From the NCBI RefSeq assembly GCF_006345805.1, contig NW_021825903.1:1-14153 (forward strand): a stretch of DNA of 14,153 nucleotides, written 5' to 3'. Source of the stretch: Octopus sinensis. Its lineage: Eukaryota. Below are positions 1 through 7,790 of the stretch, one piece after another; position 1 is the stretch's first letter; every line of letters begins with the position of its first letter. Below the pieces are notes generated by a model. The model saw only the letters and a program-made list of their open reading frames with translations, was not told the origin of the DNA and searched no databases. Made by a program: the position numbers and the translations under genes.

Positions 1-134
1 CTGAAGGAACTAGCCTTATCAAACCTCGGTATATCTCTGGATATCATATCCTTCGTCTTACTATATGTGTGTGGGCGCGCACGTATGTGTGTGTGTGTAA
101 ATATATTTAAATATATATATATATATATATGTAC

Positions 135-583
135 TATTATTATTGAGTGAGAGAGAAGTGTATGCCATCAAAGTGACGCTGAGGTAAAATATACGAAGCC
201 CTATATACCTATCATGACTACCAGTCTGATAAGAGTACACCAGGTATATGCGCGCAACATGGTGATCTCATATTGAAGTAAACAACGTGTGACTTTGCAG
301 GTGGGGCCCAGTTAGAATTTTCTTCAGGTCGAGTAGGCCAACCCCATCAAAAGGTCCTTCAATAAGAGTTGCTTAAAAATGTTGAGCGAAACACCTATGT
401 TTCTAGCGGTGAATTATTCAAACCCCAAATAATTCCTCTCACACATGACAATAACGCTTTACACTACTTCTCGTGATCATAGAGGTACATACGTCAGCGA
501 TCAAGGGACAGGCTTAACTTGTTATGCCAAACAACTAACAAGCAACTGTGGTATTGGGCAGAATATTTACTGTGGTCCATCTT
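135..583 (-). mobile_element. Non-coding fragment of an Octopus interspersed retroelement (LINE 3' region or non-autonomous derivative; R4/Dong-like affinity is only a hypothesis)
   Basis: On the minus strand it ends ...CTCTCTCACTC-AATAATAATA (tail at 135-144) and is preceded by the (AAT)n tract 584-760. The body (GGGCCCCACCTGCAAAGTCAC, GGGCTTCGTATATTTTACC, CACTTTGATGGCAT) matches my recollection of a high-copy Octopus repeat. No RT or endonuclease ORF seen. Confidence 0.55.
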
Positions 584-621
584 TATTATTATTATTATAT
601 TATTGTATTATATTATTATTA

Positions 622-662
<41 letters not shown>

Positions 663-695
663 CATCATCATCATCATCATATCATCATCATCATC

Positions 696-759
<64 letters not shown>

Positions 760-760
760 A
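584..760. repeat. (TAT)n microsatellite with an internal (CAT)n block at about 660-696
   Basis: Direct reading. It accounts for the poly-Y/I/L/H ORFs at 445-906, 519-791, 548-760 and 657-842. Confidence 0.97.
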
Positions 761-775
761 TACAACTACTACTAA

Positions 776-976
776 GGCGGCAATCTGGTAGAATCGTTAG
801 CACGCCAGGCGAAATGCCTAACGGTATTTTATCTGCTTTCACGTTTTGTGTTCAAATTCCGCCGAGGTCTGCTTTGTCTTTCATCTTTCCGGAGTCGATA
901 AATTAAGTACTAGTGTAACACGGGTCGATGTTATCGACTAGTTCCCTCCCCCAAATTTCAAGTTCATAGTAGAAAG
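776..976 (+). mobile_element. tRNA-derived SINE, family 1, copy 1 (CCCTCCCCCAAATTTC-type 3' end)
   Basis: GGCGGC head, A-box-like TGGTAGAATCG, B box GTTCAAATTCC at 850-860 and hairpin GTCGA-TGTTA-TCGAC at 924-938. It aligns by eye with 13087-13318 and runs into an (ATT)n tail. Confidence 0.9.
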
Positions 977-988
977 ATTATTATATTA

Positions 989-1037
<49 letters not shown>

Positions 1038-1093
1038 TATTATATTATTCTTATTATTATTGTTATTAATATTATTATTATAATTATTATTAC

Positions 1094-1125
<32 letters not shown>

Positions 1126-1186
1126 TATTATTATTATTATTTTATTATTATTATTATTATATTATTATTATTATTATTATTATTAT
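977..1186. repeat. (ATT)n microsatellite forming the SINE tail
   Basis: Direct reading; begins immediately after the SINE 3' end (GTAGAAAG-ATTATT). Confidence 0.97.
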
Positions 1187-1235
1187 CTAAAACAGTTTAG
1201 TTTGGCCCCATGCATATTAAAGTATTCAATATTTG

Positions 1236-1286
1236 ACAACTTTCTATTCGGCTAACTAAGCCCGAGCCGACGAAACGTAAAGTTGT
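1236..1286 (+). other. Degenerate type I hammerhead-ribozyme-like motif (possible Penelope-like or retrozyme relic)
   Basis: Stem I ACAACTT (1236-1242) pairs with AAGTTGT (1280-1286). Stem II TCGGCT (1248-1253) pairs with AGCCGA (1265-1270). C-GAAA-CG-TA occupies 1271-1279. The CTGANGA box is replaced by TCTAT, so it is presumably inactive. Confidence 0.35.
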
Positions 1287-1970
1287 AAGAGACCAAATTA
1301 AGCTGTTTTAAATCATAATATATATATAACTCTTACTAAATATTTGAGTACTAAATACCTCTTTTCTCGTTCGTCCACTCACCCATATACATATAGTGTG
1401 TATTTGTGTGTGCGTGTGTGCATAAGTGCCTGTATATTAGTGTGTAATTCTGTGCACATAAACATAGACTGTCATATCAAGACTTAATCTATACCTCTGT
1501 GTCCAAAAGTATTCCAATTTGTTGATAAAATCTTGATATTAATGTTAAACGTTACTAGCTCTCTCTACCTCATATCATAACATTAAGATAACAAAAAAGC
1601 TATTTTAGTTGGAAAAAGAGATATAATAATGAAATCATGATATAAGACGGAGAAACAGAGATTCAAATAAATTTGTTTTTTTTTTCCTTCAATGATATAT
1701 CACAAATTAGAAACCAATTACTAAATAAATGTATTGTCTACTGTCGAGCATACAGAGATGAAGCATAAGTGAAGCGTAATATTTTTCAGATTTACTAAAA
1801 GCAAATATGAATTTAGCCAACCATTATCGTGTCGCTGATCTATAATGATAGTATATAAACACTAAAAATGCTATGGGTAAGGCAGACAGTTCTCTCTCCG
1901 GTGAAAATGCAAAAATAAAAAAAAAAGATTAATCTTTGGACGCAGCAGAAAGTGCAGCCAAGCAACTCAC

Positions 1971-2043
1971 CAACATTTTAAAAAATCAGCTTCGAAAATG
2001 AAGCGGCAGTTGAAGACAGTTAAATGGCGATCTAGTAATTTCC
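1971..2043 (-). CDS. Weak candidate 73-nt internal exon (phase 1 to phase 2; KLLDRHLTVFNCRFIFEADFLKC), product unknown
   Basis: Acceptor CTCGCCTCTCTCGCCCACCTTTCAG|G and donor TTG|GTGAGT (GT at 1970-1969). Only one of the three frames is open. No homology recognised. Confidence 0.25.
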
Positions 2044-2454
2044 CTGAAAGGTGGGCGAGAGAGGCGAGTGAATGTGCTTGTAGGTCGGGGATTAGAGCAT
2101 GGAGGGGGAACTTAATATTTGGTATTCAAATATTGCTGGATTTAGAAATTTCTAGTATGACACTGGGTGGTAATCATTCGGAGGCTATGACGAATTTCTA
2201 TACTATCATTTTTAGAATTCATTCAAGTTTCGTGTCATTCTCTACTTTATGTAACCTTTTCTTGCACAGCCTCCTCACATTTCGCACCTATGGTAATATA
2301 AGTAAAAATCCAGGAATTATAATTATTTCCACTTCACTTCTCAGAGAACTCGATTTCAATAGCTCCGTTTAAATCTCTTAGGGGGATAGCTCCTGTTGTC
2401 AAAGGTCTCAAGAGGTCTCTTCCTCGCTATCCCCAACAAAGCAGTTATCTGAGC

Positions 2455-2489
2455 ATTATTGTTGTTATTATTGTTGTTATTGTTGTTGC

Positions 2490-2528
<39 letters not shown>

Positions 2529-2562
2529 CGTCGTCGTCGTCGTCGTCGTTGTCGTCGTTGTT
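2455..2562. repeat. Compound microsatellite (ATT/GTT)n changing to (GTC)n
   Basis: Direct reading. Confidence 0.95.
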
Positions 2563-2572
2563 ACTGATGATT

Positions 2573-2750
2573 AAGATGTTGTTGAGCTAGAGTAATCGTT
2601 AGTGCATTTGACGAGATACGTAGCAGTATTTCTTCCAAATCTTTGCGTTCTGAATTCAAATTTTCACCGAGGTCAACTTTGTCTTTCAACGTTACAGGAT
2701 AGGTCGAATATTCGATTAACCTCCTACCATTAAAATTGCTGATCTTATGC

Positions 2751-2751
<1 letters not shown>
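2573..2751 (+). mobile_element. Old, diverged and internally deleted family 1 SINE, copy 2
   Basis: GAGCT..GTAATCGTTAG, GCAGTATTTCTTCC and GTTCTGAATTCAAATT..CCGAGGTCAACTTTGTCTTTCA align with copies 1 and 5. It has a degenerate B box at about 2654-2663 and a CCTCCTACC-ATTAAAATTGCT 3' end followed by (AAT)n. Confidence 0.7.
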
Positions 2752-2783
<32 letters not shown>

Positions 2784-2837
2784 TAATAATATAATAATAA
2801 TAATAATAATATAATAATAATATTATTATTATTATTA

Positions 2838-2904
<67 letters not shown>

Positions 2905-2905
2905 T

Positions 2906-2943
<38 letters not shown>

Positions 2944-3010
2944 ATTATTATTATTATTATTATTATTAGTAGTAGTAGTAGTAGTAGTATAGTAGTAGTA
3001 GTATTAGTAT
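2751..3010. repeat. Compound microsatellite (AAT)n, then (ATT)n, then (AGT)n
   Basis: Direct reading; the strand polarity switches at 2821/2822. Confidence 0.97.
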
Positions 3011-3342
3011 TTCCATAGTGTTTTTACTATGATTATTTTTATTGTTGTTTCAGCAGTGGGATGTGAATGTCTAGTGTGCCATGTTCTGAGGCGTATAGCA
3101 TTGATTTTGGAATGTAGAAATTGTGTTGATATGCTACATCAGTTTTACTTTATTGGCTGAGACAGATTTCAATATTTCTGATATTATTCTAGTATTTCAT
3201 CAGTTGTGAAGAGTATGTGTAAAAGGAATTGTATTGTTTCGTTGAATTATTTCTGTGCTTATCATATCAAATAGTGACTGTGCAGAGTATGTTTGTTTTT
3301 TTTTTCTTGTTTTTTTTTAAGAGAATATATTCTCTGATATAT

Positions 3343-3371
3343 ACTTATTATTATTATTATTATTATTATTA

Positions 3372-3402
<31 letters not shown>

Positions 3403-3533
3403 TTATTATTATTATTATTATTATTATTATCATTGTTATTGTTATTGTTGTGGTTTTTTTATTGTTCACGATTTTATTGTTGTTGTCACCACCGATGCTG
3501 TTGTTGTTGTTGTTATTATTATTATTATTATTA

Positions 3534-3565
<32 letters not shown>

Positions 3566-3568
3566 TAT
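3343..3568. repeat. (TAT)n/(TGT)n compound microsatellite
   Basis: Direct reading; explains ORF 3229-3678. Confidence 0.95.
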
Positions 3569-3933
3569 TAAAAAAATCTTTACAATGTGCATTCCAAAAT
3601 TATACCCTCTTTCTTGTGTTATATAGCTTTGATTGTTCACTATTGCAATATCTCTTTATCCTCAGTAAATTACAGTAATAACGTAGTGATTCCTGTATAT
3701 TCTTTAGTCATTTTCCTTCTTGCCATAGTCACACTAATGTTGTCATTATATTCACAATCTTGTTGTTGTTTTCATTTATGTCAACATCTTGGCCGTTACC
3801 ACCACCAATAATCTCACCGTCATCTAAGTAAATAAAGAAAGAACTAAGTAAGTAGATAAATACAAACACAGTAAACCTTCGCACTATAAGAGATGCCCCA
3901 ATCAGAGATTTAACCATAAATACTTCGATTGTA

Positions 3934-4040
3934 CAATATGTATATATGTATGCATAATATGTTTGTATGTATATATTATATATATGTGTGTGTATGTATA
4001 TATATATATATATATGTATGTACATATATATATGTATATA

Positions 4041-4085
<45 letters not shown>

Positions 4086-4145
4086 TATATATTATATATA
4101 TATATATATATACATATACATACATATATGCATATATATATATAT
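3934..4145. repeat. (TA)n with TG and CA variants
   Basis: Direct reading; explains the poly-IY ORFs. Confidence 0.95.
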
Positions 4146-4250
4146 ATCACAATTCGATTGAGCGACAGAAGCAATAATGCTAGTAATTCTTAAAAATAAT
4201 GTTAATATAAATTACATGATCAATAATAATGATAATAATAAAAAACAGAC

Positions 4251-4282
<32 letters not shown>
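4251..4282. repeat. (GTA)n microsatellite
   Basis: Direct reading. Confidence 0.95.
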
Positions 4283-4283
<1 letters not shown>

Positions 4284-4496
4284 ATAGAAGAGTCGTCGTA
4301 GTTAGTGGTGTTAAGCAATGATAAGTAATTCATTAATTAAATATTTAATATTAACCGTCATCTTCGGGTTGATTTACACTAGAACAACATATGGAGCAAA
4401 AAATATCGAACATAGAAACAAAGAATTTTTTAACATTCGCGTATGCAATGTAGACCTTTTCATACAACTTCATACACAGATATGCAATCACAAGCG

Positions 4497-4721
4497 TACA
4501 TATACATATGCATTCATACCTACCTACTTACCTACATACATTCATACAAAGATACTTAGATAGATACATACATAAATACATACATACATACATCTATATA
4601 TACATATATACATACATCTATATATACATACATATATATATATATATACAAACACACCTGCATACATACACACATATATAAATACACACATACATACACA
4701 CACGCACGCGTACACACACAT
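4497..4721. repeat. (ACAT)n/(AT)n/(AC)n compound microsatellite
   Basis: Direct reading. Confidence 0.93.
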
Positions 4722-4852
4722 ATCTTTGAAAAGGGATAATTACGATTTGGATAAAACTATTTATTTCACACTATTGTCTCTCTAAAAGGGGACAAAAGCG
4801 CTAAAAAAATGGTTTTGTGCAAATCCTGACTATCATCTTTTTCTTAATAAAT

Positions 4853-4906
4853 AAAATCTGTACACCCTTTAAAAATTGTACACACTTCAAAAATTGTACA
4901 CATATA
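4853..4906. repeat. Three-copy 18-bp tandem repeat (AAAAATTGTACACA core)
   Basis: Units start at 4853 (AAAATCTGTACACCCTTT), 4871 (AAAAATTGTACACACTTC) and 4889 (AAAAATTGTACACATATA). Confidence 0.8.
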
Positions 4907-5112
4907 CATATATACACATACATACATGTATACATATATATGTATATATACATAGAGAAACGTATATATATATATATATATATATATGGATATGTATATG
5001 TCTATATATAATATTATATATATATATATATACATACGTATATATATGTATATATACATATATATAATCATAACTGTATATATGTATTTATTTATACATA
5101 TATATATATGTT

Positions 5113-5143
<31 letters not shown>

Positions 5144-5311
5144 ATATTTATATATATATATGCATTTATATGTCTATGCGCGGGTGTGTGTATATATAGC
5201 TATAAATATTATATGTATATTAAATATTATAAAGCAAAACATATATGTGTATCCATGTATGTGTTTGTCGTTTGTATATATCAATACATACACACACATA
5301 TATATAATAAT

Positions 5312-5344
<33 letters not shown>

Positions 5345-5529
5345 TATATCTATATATATATATATACATATGTATGTTCATATATATATATGCAAATTCG
5401 TCTACCTACCTATTCATCTATTATGTGCATACATATAATACATACGTATATATAACATATATACATTTATATATATATATATATATATATATACACGCTC
5501 ACAAACACACGCACCACACATGTATGTTG

Positions 5530-5561
<32 letters not shown>

Positions 5562-5640
5562 TACACATATAAACACATTCACGTATATCTATATACATTT
5601 GTGCATACATATATACATACATATTTGTTTATCTACACAC
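4900..5640. repeat. Long degenerate (TA)n/(TG)n/(CA)n low-complexity region
   Basis: Direct reading; explains ORFs from 4817 to 5730. Confidence 0.93.
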
Positions 5641-5920
5641 TTGCAGACACTTTCAGATTACGCATATAATCCATATATGTTAATTTTCTTCCAAATCGTC
5701 AAAAATACTTTATCAATGGAATGTATATGATTTTTTTGAAATTTTTTTAAAATCTTTTTCAAGTTATAATTATTGTTGCATTTTTTTTTTAAAACTTGGG
5801 AGAGGGATATTTGATAAAATTTTGAAGAAAATGTGAACTCATTATACGGGAATTCACTCGTGGCAGGTAATCAAAAATGGTTGCGACATAACATTCAGAA
5901 AAAAAAAAACAGTAAAAGAA

Positions 5921-6040
5921 ATAATGATAACATTAATAATAATATCGATGATGGTGATAATATTAAGAATAATCGTAATAATAATATTCTTATTATCAAT
6001 ATAACTATCAATAATAACAATAATGATAATGATGACAATG

Positions 6041-6088
<48 letters not shown>

Positions 6089-6160
6089 CTGATAATAATA
6101 ATAATAATAATAATACTAATAATTATAATAATAATAATAATAATAATAATAATGGTAATG

Positions 6161-6203
<43 letters not shown>

Positions 6204-6277
6204 TGATGATGATGATAATAATAATAATAATAGTAGTAGTAATAATAATAATAATAATAATAATAATAGTAGTAGTA

Positions 6278-6356
<79 letters not shown>

Positions 6357-6427
6357 TAATAATAATAATAATAATAATAATATTAATAATAATAATAATA
6401 ATAATGTTGATGATGGTAATAAATTAT
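5921..6427. repeat. ~500 bp (AAT)n microsatellite with GAT, AGT and ACT variants
   Basis: Direct reading; the poly-N, poly-I and poly-L ORFs are its three readings. Confidence 0.97.
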
Positions 6428-6764
6428 AAGGACGCAAGATCTAATAATAGTGAACAAAGAAACAGCATCTCTTATAATAAACGTGCGTTAATCTGGCGAA
6501 ACAATAATCCGCTAAAATTGTGTAACATCATCTTATATAATCAAAATTAAGAATTGAAATTAAAAAATTAACACACATGCAATGCCACATTTCTTTAAGA
6601 AGAAAAAAAAAAGAGATTATCCCTTCGGGAGATGCGTTTTGGATTTTTTCATTATATATTATGGCACTATGTTTGGTTTTCACTATATCTGGAATTCTAT
6701 GTTAAAAGTGTTAGTTTGGGATATGTAGAGAGTTCCAGACAGGTGAAAACTTCACATTTCCTGC

Positions 6765-6961
6765 TCAGAATATTCCACCCGCAAGTGAACTGATTTTATC
6801 AGGATTTCCTGTCGGGCAGAAGTCTGTACCAGAATTTATGAGAATAGTGGAATATGGTCCTGGTAAAGGAGGAGCGTTTGGCAGCGAGACGGGTATCTTC
6901 CCCGTTTGTACCGGGCAAGGACCATTCCACTTTGAACTTGCTTCAGCACCTTGAACTTTCA
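6765..6961 (-). CDS. Probable terminal coding exon (phase 1 start) of an unidentified minus-strand gene: xKVQGAEASSKWNGPCPVQTGKIPVSLPNAPPLPGPYSTILINSGTDFCPTGNPDKISSLAGGIF*
   Basis: A ~25-nt T tract plus CAG acceptor (AG at 6963-6962) sits exactly at the edge of a GC-elevated, non-repetitive island. Only the phase-1 frame is open, to TGA at 6767-6765. GC3 is about 33% and GC1 about 52% (hand count over 64 codons), a coding-like asymmetry. No strong donor precedes the stop. Protein not recognised. Confidence 0.6.
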
Positions 6962-7247
6962 CTGAAAAAAAAAAAAAAAAAAAAAAAAACAATGAAGAGA
7001 TATATAAATAAATTGTATCAAACAAAGGATTATGGAAAATATTGATTATGGAAAGATGAGAGAAATTATGAAAAGTGCAAATTTAAATTATTTATATTAG
7101 ATAAGAACGACAATACACGTGTGCGTGTGTATGCGTGTGTGTGTGCATGTGTGTGTATGTGTGTGTAGCATAGGTATATATACATGTATGTGTAAATAAA
7201 GCATCGGAATGAAGTATTCATATAGAAATGAAATAGAATTTCATATT

Positions 7248-7481
7248 TATTTATTTATTTATTTATTGTCCAAAAGAGGCTAAACATAGAGGGGACAAAC
7301 AAGGACAAAGAGATTAAGCTGAGTACATCGACCTCAGTACGCAACTGGTACTTATTTAATCGACCCGAAAGGTTGAAAGGTAAAGTCAACTTCGGCGGAA
7401 TTTGAACTCAGAATGTAGCGGCAGACAAAATACCGCTAAGCATTTCGCCTGGGGTGCTAACGATTCTACCGGCACGCCACC
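7248..7481 (-). mobile_element. Full-length family 1 SINE, copy 3, with (AAAT)n tail and 8-bp TSD
   Basis: GGTGGC head at 7481, B box at 7407-7397, TTTGTCCTTGTTTGTCCCCT 3' region and AATAAATAAATA tail. TSD TTCATATT at 7240-7247 and 7482-7489. Confidence 0.93.
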
Positions 7482-7664
7482 TTCATATTAAATTTCATTT
7501 TGTCGATGGGAAATTATGATACTTTTTTAAAAATAATTTTGATTTAAGATTGTACACAGAGCAATACATGCCCAACACACCTGAATATGCCAATTATTAT
7601 TTTTCTCTCTTTTCTTCTCTTTTCTCCCGTTATACACAAACACACATACGCACACGTGTGTGTA

Positions 7665-7790
7665 TATATAGTTGAAATTTACAGAAAAATAGAAGACGAA
7701 AACAGGTGCATGAACAACATCCAGCTGTATTAATTTGACGTTCGGGAAAGTGAGAAAATCTTTTACGGTTCGAGCCTGAGCTCTTCAAGA
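7665..7790 (-). mobile_element. Fragment of a recurrent Octopus repeat with a degenerate hammerhead-like core (possible Penelope-like pseudo-LTR)
   Basis: Minus strand reads TTGAAGA-GCTCAGGCTC-GAACCGTA-AAAGATTTTCTCACTTTCCCGAACG...CCTGTTTTCGTCTTC. It resembles a repeat I recall from Octopus sequence; the family assignment is inference. Confidence 0.35.

Noticed and set aside
1-35. CTGAAGGA...CAAACCTC as a third hammerhead-like relic
   Set aside because: Both core boxes are mutated and stem I would lie outside the window, so it cannot be supported.
445-906. 153-aa ORF and overlapping short ORFs
   Set aside because: They span a TE fragment, a (TAT)n tract and a SINE; the poly-Y/I content is a repeat artefact.
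3729-3828. Minus-strand acceptor-like TTCTTTATTTACTTAG followed by DDGEIIGGGNGQDVDINENNNK
   Set aside because: The sequence looks like decayed GAT/GGT/AAC trinucleotide repeat, stops after about 32 codons and has no supporting donor or homology.
4336-4349. 14-bp palindrome ATTAAATATTTAAT
   Set aside because: A/T-only and plausible by chance at this base composition.
4318-4563. ORF with a signal-peptide-like N-terminus (MISNSLIKYLILTVIFGLIY...)
   Set aside because: Hydrophobic runs are expected from AT-rich codons, and the ORF runs into an (ACAT)n microsatellite.
5833-6550. Poly-Asn, poly-Ile and poly-Leu ORFs of 104-198 aa
   Set aside because: They are translations of the (AAT)n tract.
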